A stretch of 54,531 bases of DNA, taken from the NCBI GenBank assembly GCA_043800755.1, contig JAZDMQ010000114.1:1-54531 (forward strand), read 5' to 3'. Origin of the DNA: a bacterium. Its GTDB lineage: Bacteria; Methylomirabilota; Methylomirabilia; CAVQYV01. Both the position numbers and the translations under genes were made by a program. This document shows, one piece after another, positions 28,099 to 37,369 of this stretch. Position 1 is the stretch's first letter, and each line of letters begins with the position of its first letter. The notes under the pieces were generated by a model. It was not told the DNA's origin. It saw only the letters and a program-made list of their open reading frames with translations, and made no database searches.

Positions 28099-30108
28099 TC
28101 AAGAGGGAACTCCATTCATCTCCGATTGAGGATTGCCCAAAAGGATTCGCAGCGTGAAGACGGTTCCCCTCCCTAATTCGCTCTTTACCTCAATATTTCC
28201 CTTGTGGGTCTTGATGATGCCGTACGCGATGGCAAGACCCAATCCAGTCCCCTTTCCCATCTCCTTGGTGGTGAAAAACGGAGTGAAGAGTTTGGGGAGG
28301 TTTTCTTCTGGTATCCCGCAACCGGTATCGGCGATGGAAACCTCAACCATGCGCTCCTCGGGAACATTTCTTGTCTTTACGGTCAGCTCACCTCCTCCGG
28401 GCATGGCCTCAATTGCATTGTTGATAATATTCTCGAAGGCCTGCATGAGTTGGTGGGGATCCACATAGACATAGGGGAGGGAGGGATCCAGTTCACCCTT
28501 TACACCAATACCTGAGAGCTTTCCCTCTTTGGAGGCGTATTCCAGGACATCCTCTATGATCTTGTTTATGGGATAATCGAGATAGTTGGGCCTGCTCTGT
28601 CGCGCGAAGTTCAGGAGTCCTCCTACGATCTCCTTACAGCGGTCCGCCTCGTTAACAATGGTTTCCACGCGAGGCAGTTGTGGATCATCTTTCTTGAGAT
28701 CCTCCAGGAGGAGATGGGCGTGAAGCAGGATGCCCCCCAAAGGATTATTGACCTGGTGAGCCACGCCGGCGGCCAGCTGTCCGATAGAGGCTAACCTCTC
28801 GGATTGCACCAACTGCTCTTGGCTCTTCTCCAGCTCCTGATAAGAATTTGCCAGCTTCTGATAGGTTTGTTGGAGCTGGTCAATGAGATAGGGCAGGCAC
28901 ATTTCCGCCTCGGCCAGACCCTGGAAGACAGCGACAGCCTTCTCTCGGCATGAACCGTATCCGCAGGCTCCGCAGTTCAGTTCATCCTCCTTGGAGAATT
29001 TGTTGATCTGCCTGAAGATGGTTTGGATTTCCTCTTCCGTGGGGATGGGAAGGTGAATGCTCTTGTTGGAGAAGCTCCGCCTGACATTGATATTACTGTA
29101 GCGCCTGATTTCGTTCCAACGGTCATCTTCGGCCTGACAGGCACAAGCCTCCTGTACATAGCTGGCAACCCTCTCTTTGCGGGCGAAGAAGCTCAAATCG
29201 TTCTCCATGCGAGGCCCATTGACGCAGCCCTCACAGAAGAGGATATCGATGAATTTCGCCCGCAGCATTCCTTCAGCCAGCTGTTGGAGTACCTCCAGCA
29301 CCCTATCCTTTCCCTCCACTACCAGGATATCATTGTCGGTGACATCGGCCTGGAGGGCGGCAGTCTTGAGCAAACCTCCCGATACGGGGAAGATACGGCC
29401 GACGCCAGGCTTCGGGCCATCAAAGCAGCCCTCCTCTTGGTCTTCGATGTGGATTCCTTGCATATCGAGCATCTCCTTTAGACCCCTGAAGGTCAAGGCG
29501 GCATCGACGATTCCCGCCACTTCCGGTTCGTTAATCTCTACCTTCTTGGCGATGCAAGGACCGATGAAAACGACTCGGGCATCAGGGTGGTAATGGTGTT
29601 TGATGGCCCTTCCCAAGGCAATCATGGGGGAAACGACGGGCGCCAGGTAAGGAATCAGTTGTGGGAGGTGCCTCTGGATGTAGCTGACCAAGGCCGGGCA
29701 GGGCGTGGTGAGGAAGATGGGCATTTCATTGTTCTTGAAGATCTTACTATATTCTTGGCTGACCAGTTCCGCCCCGAAGGCCACCTCCATGACCTGAGAA
29801 AAACCAAGTTTGCGCACGGCCGCGACGATCTGAAGGGGCTTTACCTGGTAGAAGGCGGCAGGAAAAGAAGGGGCCAGGCAGGCAATGACTGGCTGCTTCC
29901 CAGCCAGCAACTCCTCCACCATCCCGATGGAGGACTCCACCTGTTTAGCATTCTGGGAACAGACCTTTACGCAATTGCCGCAGGCGATGCATCTCTCCTC
30001 AATGACTGTGGCCTGCCCCTCCACCACTTTGATCGCCTTGGCGGGGCAATTCCGGACACAAGTATAGCACCGCCTGCACTTCGCGCCTATTGTGCTGACG
30101 ACGGCCAT
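28099..30108 (-). CDS. Sensory-type (group C-like) [FeFe]-hydrogenase domain fused to a histidine kinase
   Basis: 2x[4Fe-4S] N-terminus; H-cluster motif variants TTPCP, GPCIAKKVE, DILFCEGCVNG; FeS domain NCGACGYGSC..C; HisKA AHQVNNPL; HATPase NAIEAM, DTGCGI, GTGLGL. Confidence 0.9.
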   Translation of the reverse strand: MAVVSTIGAKCRRCYTCVRNCPAKAIKVVEGQATVIEERCIACGNCVKVCSQNAKQVESSIGMVEELLAGKQPVIACLAPSFPAAFYQVKPLQIVAAVRKLGFSQVMEVAFGAELVSQEYSKIFKNNEMPIFLTTPCPALVSYIQRHLPQLIPYLAPVVSPMIALGRAIKHHYHPDARVVFIGPCIAKKVEINEPEVAGIVDAALTFRGLKEMLDMQGIHIEDQEEGCFDGPKPGVGRIFPVSGGLLKTAALQADVTDNDILVVEGKDRVLEVLQQLAEGMLRAKFIDILFCEGCVNGPRMENDLSFFARKERVASYVQEACACQAEDDRWNEIRRYSNINVRRSFSNKSIHLPIPTEEEIQTIFRQINKFSKEDELNCGACGYGSCREKAVAVFQGLAEAEMCLPYLIDQLQQTYQKLANSYQELEKSQEQLVQSERLASIGQLAAGVAHQVNNPLGGILLHAHLLLEDLKKDDPQLPRVETIVNEADRCKEIVGGLLNFARQSRPNYLDYPINKIIEDVLEYASKEGKLSGIGVKGELDPSLPYVYVDPHQLMQAFENIINNAIEAMPGGGELTVKTRNVPEERMVEVSIADTGCGIPEENLPKLFTPFFTTKEMGKGTGLGLAIAYGIIKTHKGNIEVKSELGRGTVFTLRILLGNPQSEMNGVPS

Positions 30109-30150
30109 GGATTCCTCTGATTTGCTATTTGATTGGCCCTACTCCGAGGG

Positions 30151-30168
30151 TTGTTAAAAACTTCACAA
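30151..30168. promoter_or_regulatory. Putative Rex operator
   Basis: TTGTTAA-AAAC-TTCACAA versus consensus TTGTGAA-N4-TTCACAA (1 mismatch), about 40 bp upstream of the sensor start. Confidence 0.7.
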
Positions 30169-30675
30169 GATAGGGCTCCCAAAAAAATCGATCCCGTCGG
30201 TAAATCTGTCCGATCGTGACCGAAATCAGACCTCTGCACTTTAGCTCTATTGCAAGAAGAAGACCTCTCAGAAGACCGGCAGAGGAATCTTGAGAAGGCT
30301 CAGCTTGAGATCAGAGAGAGATGCGCGGGAATCTAAGAAATGGGACTGTTCTATCCCTCCCCCGCAAGCCATGCGGGCCTTCAAATGCAACTACCCCCTC
30401 ATATTCTTTCGTTAACCCAAAAGGCTTGCTGGCGGGAACGCGCTCGCTTTGCGCGAACAATAGCCTTTTACCTCTAAACGATCTGATTGTCAAGGACTTT
30501 TGCCCCGGTAAGGAAGTAGCGCAGGCCCTCATTAGATCGGTTTTCCCTTGACAAAAGAAGGATGATGGGATACTGGACAATCGAACGTAGGTCCCCCAGT
30601 AGCTTCTGCGGGGGTTGCACTCGTCGTGCTTTTGCCATAAGGCGAAGTTTTGGTAGGTCCAAAGGAGATGTGGAA

Positions 30676-31356
30676 ATGAGGAAAGTGATTAACCGTGCGC
30701 CGTCCCCCGACAAAAAGATCTTGGAGCAATACCGCAGTTTCTTGAAGTTGTTCAGCCCCACCTGTGTCATCGCCGACTCTATGGAGCGATCAGGGATTAT
30801 GCGGAGTGAAATCAAGCCCATAGATTCAACTGATTGCAGGATCTGCGGGCCTGCCCTCACCGTTCGGCTGTTCCCGGGGGATCTGGTAGATTGTCTGGAT
30901 GCTTTGGGGGTAGCACGGGAGGGTGATCTCATTGTAGTGGATGCCCGCGGGGAGACCGAGACATCCATCTGGGGAGGACTAATGGCAGGGCTTTGCAAAC
31001 AGAAAGGAGTAGTCGGAGCGGTGATCGACGGGGCCTGCAGGGACATCGACGAGGTCAAGTATCATAAGTTCCCGCTCTTCTCCCGGGCGATCGTTCCACG
31101 ATCCACTCACACACCTTATTCCAAGCGGATGGAGCCCATTGAAATCAATGTTCCCATCGAATGCGGAGGCATTATTGTTCACCCGGGGGATATCGTGGTG
31201 GCGGACGAGGTGGGGGTGGTAGTCGTTCCCTGGTCGGAGGCCGCGCAGGTGGCTGAAAAGGCCAAGGATCTCTTTGAGAAAGAAGAGTTAACCCGGCGCC
31301 GGATAGCGGAGGGGAAAACCTTGGAGCAAATACTGGAGGAGTTCGGAAGGCTATAG
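30676..31356 (+). CDS. RraA-like / HMG aldolase family protein
   Basis: ICGPALTV, IWGGLM, VIDGACRD, VHPGDIVVADEVGVVVVP; AAAGGAG RBS. Confidence 0.88.
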   Translation: MRKVINRAPSPDKKILEQYRSFLKLFSPTCVIADSMERSGIMRSEIKPIDSTDCRICGPALTVRLFPGDLVDCLDALGVAREGDLIVVDARGETETSIWGGLMAGLCKQKGVVGAVIDGACRDIDEVKYHKFPLFSRAIVPRSTHTPYSKRMEPIEINVPIECGGIIVHPGDIVVADEVGVVVVPWSEAAQVAEKAKDLFEKEELTRRRIAEGKTLEQILEEFGRL

Positions 31357-31439
31357 AGGTGAGCCGGGCTCCTCACTCTGAGCCCCGGCCTCAAGCATTT
31401 AGAAGATGCCACCCTCCCCCTTCACTCTGGAAAGTTTCC

Positions 31440-31469
31440 TTGACCGCAAAAGGGAAATTCATCTATACT
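31440..31469 (+). promoter_or_regulatory. Putative sigma70 promoter for hydE-hydG-hydF
   Basis: TTGACC-18 bp-TATACT, downstream of a GC hairpin (about 31361-31392) after the RraA-like gene. Confidence 0.4.
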
Positions 31470-31552
31470 TGACTCGGAATTACTTGTATTTTCTGCGCTT
31501 CGAAGTTTCGCCCAGTATGCTGGGGAAATTCCGCATTGTAGGGGACTGGGTT

Positions 31553-32683
31553 GTGGGTACAAAGATCAGCAAAGCTGAAATACTGGACTGGCTTCGGCAA
31601 GAAGATGATCGCTACCTGCAGGATCTCTGGCAAAAGGCGGATGCGATCCGCCGGGAGAACGTGGGCGATGCGGTGCACCTGCGCGGACTGATCGAAATCT
31701 CCAATCATTGCGTGCGCCAATGCCAATACTGCGGCTTGAGGGTCGACCACCGGGGCCTGGCACGCTACCGGATGACCGAAGCGGAGATCATGGAGTGTGT
31801 TCGTCAGGCGGTGGACTATGGCTACGGCACCGTGGTCCTGCAATCGGGCGAGGATTATGGCATCCGAACAGAATGGATGGCCAGCGTCGTTCGGCGGATC
31901 AAGGCCGAAACGCCTCTCGCAGTGACCCTCAGCCTCGGCGAACGTCCGGATACCGATCTGATTGCGTGGCGCGAGGCCGGGGCGGATCGATACCTGCTGA
32001 GGTTTGAAACCTCCGACTTGCAGCTATATGAGAAGATACACCCTTCACTGCCGGGCAGGTGGTCGGACCGGATCGCCATTCTGCGCCGGCTGGCAGAGCT
32101 CGGCTACGAGGTGGGAAGCGGGGTGATGATCGGGATCCCGGAACAGACCTACGAAAGTCTGGCCCACGATATCTGGCTATTTGAGGTCCTCTATCTGGAT
32201 ATGATAGGGGTAGGACCCTACATCCCTCACCCGCGGACGCCGCTGGGACAGGCCGCGATTAAGCTCGGCGCGCCGCAGGATAAACAGGTTCCCAATTCCG
32301 AGCTCATGACCTATAAGGTCGTAGCCCTGGCGAGGCTGGCCTGCCCGGGGGCCAACATTCCCAGTACTACCGCCCTTGCTACCCTGAATCGGGAAGAAGG
32401 TCGGGAGCTGGGTCTCGTGCGGGGAGCGAACGTGGTTATGCCCAATTTGACCCCACCTCAGTACCGGGTGAGTTATGAGATTTACCCCGCCAAGGCATGT
32501 ATCTTTGAGACGGCCGCCGACTGCGATGCCTGTGTCAAGCGCCGGATCATCTCCCTCGGGAGAACGGTCGGTAGCGGGCGGGGAGATTCTCCCAATCGGA
32601 GCCGACGCATTAAGCGTGCTGAGAGGAAGTTGGAAGACGTAGTGGAGGACACGCCGTGTCTGCCTTGCCAGCCCCAGCTTTGA
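31553..32683 (+). CDS. hydE: [FeFe]-hydrogenase maturase HydE (radical SAM)
   Basis: RGLIEISNHCVRQCQYC, LQSGED, RYLLRFET, GANVVMPN, YEIYP; probable GTG start. Confidence 0.93.
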   Translation: MGTKISKAEILDWLRQEDDRYLQDLWQKADAIRRENVGDAVHLRGLIEISNHCVRQCQYCGLRVDHRGLARYRMTEAEIMECVRQAVDYGYGTVVLQSGEDYGIRTEWMASVVRRIKAETPLAVTLSLGERPDTDLIAWREAGADRYLLRFETSDLQLYEKIHPSLPGRWSDRIAILRRLAELGYEVGSGVMIGIPEQTYESLAHDIWLFEVLYLDMIGVGPYIPHPRTPLGQAAIKLGAPQDKQVPNSELMTYKVVALARLACPGANIPSTTALATLNREEGRELGLVRGANVVMPNLTPPQYRVSYEIYPAKACIFETAADCDACVKRRIISLGRTVGSGRGDSPNRSRRIKRAERKLEDVVEDTPCLPCQPQL

Positions 32684-34080
32684 GCCAAGGGGCAACTGAT
32701 TTCATAGACGATGGTTACCTGGCGAAGCTGCTGGCGAACTCTCGGCCAGACGCCGCGCACCTTCGCAACATCGTCGCCAAGAGTTTAGCCAAGGAGGCGC
32801 TCAGCGTGGAGGAGACGGCCGTGCTCGTCACCATCGAAGACCCAGATATGGTGGAAGAGACCTTTGAGGCCGCCCGGAAACTCAAGCGGGATGTCTATGG
32901 AAACCGCATCGTGCTTTTCGCTCCTCTTTACATCGGTAACCATTGCCTCAATGACTGTGCCTATTGCGGGTTCCGGCGATCCAATCCGCAGGCACTCCGC
33001 CGCACACTTTCGGAGGCGGAGATTCGTATACAGGTCGAGGCCCTCGAGAGCAAGGGCCACAAGCGGCTCATTCTCGTCTTCGGCGAACATCCGGATTATG
33101 ACGCCGACTTCATTGCCCGCTGCGCCCAAATTGCATATGAGACGAAGGTTGGTCGCGGGGAGATTCGCCGGGTGAATATTAATGCTGCTCCGCTGGACCA
33201 CGAAGGCTATCGCAAGGTGAAGAAAGCGGGCATTGGTACCTATCAGATTTTCCAGGAAACCTACCACCACGAGACCTATAGGCGGATGCACCCGAAGAAC
33301 ACGCGCAAGGGCGACTACCTCTACCGGCTGGATGGCCTGGGTAGGGCTATTGAGGCCGGCTGCGATGATGTGGGCATTGGTGCCCTCTTCGGCTTGTACG
33401 ACTGGCGGTTCGAGGTCCTCGGCCTGGTTTCCCACGCCCTGAACTTGCAGCAGCGCTTCGGCATTGGTCCCCACACCATCAGCTTTCCACGGCTTCAACC
33501 GGCTTGCGGCGTGAAGTTCGACTGGCAGTTCTTGGCGAACGATTATGACTTTATGCGGATCATCGCCGCGTTGCGCCTTGCTGTTCCCTATACCGGATTG
33601 ATCCTTACGGCGAGAGAAAGCCCGGCGCTTCGCAGGGAGGTAATGGCCTTCGGGGTCTCCCAGATCGACGCGGGCAGCCGGATCGAGATTGGGGGATACA
33701 CCGAAGTCGGCGACGCACAGATTATGGAAAGAGAACAGTTCGCCCTCGGTGACCTCCGCTCTCTGGACCAAGTCATTCGAGAGCTGTCGGGGGACGGTTA
33801 TATTCCGAGCTTCTGCACCTCTTGCTATCGCCTGGGACGCACCGGTGAGCACTTCATGGAATTCTCTATCCCTGGATTCATCAAGAACTTCTGCACTCCT
33901 AATGCCCTGACCACGCTGATGGAGTATTTAGTGGATTATGCCTCGCCGGAGACCCGCGCGACCGGAGAGAAGGTGATCGGGAATGAGATCGCCAAGTTGA
34001 AAGATGGGCCGATGAAGGTGAGTCTGCTCCAGCAGCTAAGTCGGATCAGGGAGACCGAGGAAAGGGATTTTTGCTATTAG
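32656..34080 (+). CDS. hydG: [FeFe]-hydrogenase maturase HydG (radical SAM)
   Basis: FAPLYIGNHCLNDCAYC, GPHTISFPR, C-terminal Cx2Cx22C (CTSC...NFC). Confidence 0.95.
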   Translation: MSALPAPALSQGATDFIDDGYLAKLLANSRPDAAHLRNIVAKSLAKEALSVEETAVLVTIEDPDMVEETFEAARKLKRDVYGNRIVLFAPLYIGNHCLNDCAYCGFRRSNPQALRRTLSEAEIRIQVEALESKGHKRLILVFGEHPDYDADFIARCAQIAYETKVGRGEIRRVNINAAPLDHEGYRKVKKAGIGTYQIFQETYHHETYRRMHPKNTRKGDYLYRLDGLGRAIEAGCDDVGIGALFGLYDWRFEVLGLVSHALNLQQRFGIGPHTISFPRLQPACGVKFDWQFLANDYDFMRIIAALRLAVPYTGLILTARESPALRREVMAFGVSQIDAGSRIEIGGYTEVGDAQIMEREQFALGDLRSLDQVIRELSGDGYIPSFCTSCYRLGRTGEHFMEFSIPGFIKNFCTPNALTTLMEYLVDYASPETRATGEKVIGNEIAKLKDGPMKVSLLQQLSRIRETEERDFCY

Positions 34081-34144
34081 TAGAAAGGCATTCATCTCGC
34101 TCGCCCTCTGCCCAGGTGACCGTTTAGCTTAACTGGTGCTGCAC

Positions 34145-34373
34145 ATGAGCCAATATCGAACCGAGAGGGATTTGCTGGGCGAGTTCCAGGTCCCGGCCGA
34201 TGCTTGGGTACCAGGCCGCACAGGAAATCGTCGTGGTCGCATCCGCCAAGGGCAAGAGCATTCGCCAGATGGTCATTGAACGTGGAATGCTCACCGGTGA
34301 GCAGTTCGATGCCCTCGTCTCCCCGGAAAGCGTCACCCGACTGGGACATCCACGGAAGCGGGGTTATTCTTGA
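34145..34373 (+). pseudogene. aspA: Aspartate ammonia-lyase remnant with a large internal deletion
   Basis: MSQYRTERDLLGEFQVPADA (aspartase N-terminus) joined out of frame at about 34203 to LGYQAAQEIVVVASAKGKSIRQMVIERGMLTGEQFDALVSPE.. (aspartase C-terminus). The stop overlaps the hydF TTG. Confidence 0.85.
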
Positions 34374-35614
34374 GAGATACACCCAAAGGGTTCAGGTTGC
34401 ACATCGCCCTGTTCGGCAGGCGAAACGTCGGCAAATCATCGCTGCTAAATGCGCTCACTCGTCAGGTCGTCTCCATCGTGTCCGAGGTGGCCGGAACTAC
34501 CACCGACCCGGTGGAAAAACCGATGGAGTTGCTTCCGATTGGACCAGTACTGTTCATTGATACCGCGGGTATTGACGATGTCGGTGCCTTGGGCGAGATG
34601 CGCGTTCAGCGGACGCGGCAGATTTTCGACCGCGCCGACGTGGGCATCGTAGTGGCCGAATCCGGACTATGGGGCGAGTTCGAGGAAAGCATTCTCAACG
34701 AACTTCTGGACCGGAAGATCCCTCCGATCGTGGTATTCAACAAGGTGGACCTGGCCAGGCCTGATCCCCAACGGATCGAGCAGCTTCAATCCCGCAGTAT
34801 TCGATATGTTCAGACGGTGGCCTGCCACGGCGAGGGCCTCTTCGACCTCCGCGAGGCGCTCATCCGCACCGCCCCCGAGGAATTCATTAATACTCCCTCG
34901 ATCCTCGGTGACCTGGTTCCTGCCGGTGAACTGGTCGTGCTGGTTGTGCCCATCGATCTTGAGGCCCCCAAGGGGCGGCTGATCCTGCCGCAAGTGCAGT
35001 GTATTCGGGATATTCTCGACACCGACGCCTACTGCATGGTGGTCAAGGAACGCGAGCTGCGCGATGCCCTCGATCGACTCAATCGCCCTCCAGCACTGGT
35101 CGTTACCGATTCGCAGGGATTCTTGAAGGTGGCCGGGGATATACCCCGAGAAATCCCTCTCACCTCGTTCTCCATTCTGTTCGCGCGCTACAAGGGGGAC
35201 CTGAACGAACTTGTCCGGGGGGCGGTGGCGATTGAGAAACTTGGTCCCGGCGACCGAATCCTGATTGCAGAGGCCTGCACCCATCATCCCATCGGGGATG
35301 ACATTGGGACGGTGAAGATTCCCCGCTGGCTCAGTCAGTACATCGGGGGAAAGCTGGAGTTCGACAAGGTGGGCGGCCACGACTTCCCGCAAGACCTGAG
35401 CTCTTACCAACTGGTAGTGCACTGTGGGGCTTGCATGTGGAACCGGCGTGAGACGATCTCTAGGATCATACGCTGCCGGAAGGCCGGGGTGCCGATCACC
35501 AATTATGGCCTGACGATTGCCTACAGTCTGGGGATATTCGAGCGCGCCCTTTCTCCGTTTCCAGCGGCCATGGAAGTCTATCGCCAGTTTCAGCAGTCTG
35601 GCAGACCCGGTTGA
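34370..35614 (+). CDS. hydF: [FeFe]-hydrogenase maturase GTPase HydF
   Basis: GRRNVGKS, GTTTDPV, DTAG, NKVD, APKGRLILPQ, CTHH..HCGAC. Confidence 0.96.
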   Translation: MRDTPKGFRLHIALFGRRNVGKSSLLNALTRQVVSIVSEVAGTTTDPVEKPMELLPIGPVLFIDTAGIDDVGALGEMRVQRTRQIFDRADVGIVVAESGLWGEFEESILNELLDRKIPPIVVFNKVDLARPDPQRIEQLQSRSIRYVQTVACHGEGLFDLREALIRTAPEEFINTPSILGDLVPAGELVVLVVPIDLEAPKGRLILPQVQCIRDILDTDAYCMVVKERELRDALDRLNRPPALVVTDSQGFLKVAGDIPREIPLTSFSILFARYKGDLNELVRGAVAIEKLGPGDRILIAEACTHHPIGDDIGTVKIPRWLSQYIGGKLEFDKVGGHDFPQDLSSYQLVVHCGACMWNRRETISRIIRCRKAGVPITNYGLTIAYSLGIFERALSPFPAAMEVYRQFQQSGRPG

Positions 35615-35766
35615 TCCTTATCACCTGGTACCCCCGGCGAGACCACTTGGTGCTGATCGCTTCGGTCAGAATATGAATCTGAATGATGAACGCAGCCCGC
35701 AGCCTTCCGGGAGCTACTTCAATTTCTTTCCAGTCGAGAATCACCCCTTGCAGAGGTCATGAAACG

Positions 35767-36075
35767 TTGAGGAAGCAAGATAGAGAGAAGGGGCCAAACC
35801 AGAGGGAAGAAGGGAACGACCTGAGACTGATAGAGGTTCATCGGGCGGCCAATGATGAGGAGGCCCTGGTAATCAAGGGTCTGCTGGAGAGCCAGGGGGT
35901 TCATTGCATCTTGCGCTCCCGGGTGGTTCACGCCGTGCACCCCTTCAGCATGGACGGACTGGGAGAGGTGAAGATCATGGTGGCAGAGGCCGATGCGCCG
36001 GAGGCCAGGGCCCTCCTTTCGACCTCATGGAAACGAGTTCCTCGTCGTCTCTCGAAGGGTAAGAGGTTTCGATAG
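35767..36075 (+). CDS. DUF2007-like putative signal-transducing protein
   Basis: EALVIKGLLESQGV..GEVKIMVAEADAPEARALL; start uncertain. Confidence 0.7.
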   Translation: MRKQDREKGPNQREEGNDLRLIEVHRAANDEEALVIKGLLESQGVHCILRSRVVHAVHPFSMDGLGEVKIMVAEADAPEARALLSTSWKRVPRRLSKGKRFR

Positions 36076-36088
36076 AAGGAGGATTGGA

Positions 36089-37369
36089 ATGCTGTCGGTC
36101 GAGGAGGCCCGAAGGATCATCCTGGAACATATTGAGGTCTTGGGCTTGGAGAAGGTTTCCCTCCTCTGTGCTCTGGGTCGAGTTTTGGGAGAGGAGGTCA
36201 TCTCCGGATTGGATATCCCCCCTTGGGATAACTCCGCCATGGATGGCTATGCTGTGCAGGCATCGGAGGTCAAGGGGGCCTGCCCCGATCACCCGGTTCT
36301 CCTTCGGGTGATTGAAGATCTGCCCGCAGGGAGGGTTTCCGCCAGATCCCTGAAGGCAGGAGAAGCCATCCGCATCATGACCGGCGCTCCCATTCCGGCA
36401 GGAGCGGAGGTAGTAGTCATGGTGGAGGATACGGAAAGAGATGGGGAAGCCGTGCGCATCTTTCGAGAGATCAAGTCGGGTGCAAATATTCGGCACAGGG
36501 GGGAAGATTTGAAGGCAGGGGTGAAGGTCTTCTCGCCTGGGACGGCCTTGGGACCAGCAGAAATAGGGGTCCTCGCCTCCCTGAATCGGGGAACGGTATT
36601 TGTGTATCGCAGACCGCGGGTGGCGGTCCTGGCCACCGGGGATGAATTGGTGGAGGTGGGGGAGCCCATCCGGCCCGGGCAGATCATCAGCAGTAACACC
36701 TATACCCTAACCTCCCAGGTGAGGCAATGCGGGGCGATTCCCATTGACCTAGGGATCGGCAGAGATGATCTGGGGATGTTGCGCCAGAAGCTGGAAGAGG
36801 GATGTAGCGCCGACCTCTTGATTACCTCGGGCGGGGTCTCCATGGGCGATTACGATCTGGTGAAGGAGGCCCTGAAGGAGATGGAGGGGGAGGTGAAGTT
36901 CTGGCGGGTGGCGATTCGACCGGGGATGCCCACCGCTTTTGGGATCGTGCTGGGAAAGCCCTTTTTTGGACTCCCCGGCAATCCGGTCTCCTCCATGGTC
37001 TGTTTTGAGCTCTTCGCGCGGCCGGCTTTGCTGAAGATGGGCGGCCATTCCCATCTCTTTCGCCCCTCAATTCAGGCTATCCTCGGTCAGGATGTGGCCA
37101 AGAAACCGGGACGGACCCATTTCGTCCGGGTCATTCTGGAGCGAAAGGAGGGGGAGGTGTATGCGAGACTCACCGGGGATCAGGGTTCAGGAATTCTTAC
37201 CTCCGTGAGTAGCGCCCATGGTCTGGCGGTAGTTCCCGAAGAGGTCTCCCTGCTCAAAGCAGGACAAAAGGTGAAGGTCCTGCTCCTGGACAGAGGCTGG
37301 GAGGCCTTGGCAGAAGAGGACCTTAAGCCCGAGACCGGTGATTCGCCTCGATCCAATGAAGCCCAATAA
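36089..37369 (+). CDS. moeA: Molybdopterin molybdotransferase
   Basis: SAMDGYAV, RIMTGAP, TGDEL, SGGVSMG, GLPGNP. Confidence 0.95.
   Translation: MLSVEEARRIILEHIEVLGLEKVSLLCALGRVLGEEVISGLDIPPWDNSAMDGYAVQASEVKGACPDHPVLLRVIEDLPAGRVSARSLKAGEAIRIMTGAPIPAGAEVVVMVEDTERDGEAVRIFREIKSGANIRHRGEDLKAGVKVFSPGTALGPAEIGVLASLNRGTVFVYRRPRVAVLATGDELVEVGEPIRPGQIISSNTYTLTSQVRQCGAIPIDLGIGRDDLGMLRQKLEEGCSADLLITSGGVSMGDYDLVKEALKEMEGEVKFWRVAIRPGMPTAFGIVLGKPFFGLPGNPVSSMVCFELFARPALLKMGGHSHLFRPSIQAILGQDVAKKPGRTHFVRVILERKEGEVYARLTGDQGSGILTSVSSAHGLAVVPEEVSLLKAGQKVKVLLLDRGWEALAEEDLKPETGDSPRSNEAQ

Noticed and set aside
30250-30268. Minus-strand GG-N10-GC (AGGTCTTCTTCTTGCA) sigma54-like site
   Set aside because: The -24 element departs strongly from TGGCAC and no activator gene is nearby.
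31406-31552. N-terminal extensions of hydE (and of the RraA-like and selA ORFs) in the ORF track
   Set aside because: They overlap promoter-like sequence or neighbouring genes; downstream starts have RBSs and match family N-termini.
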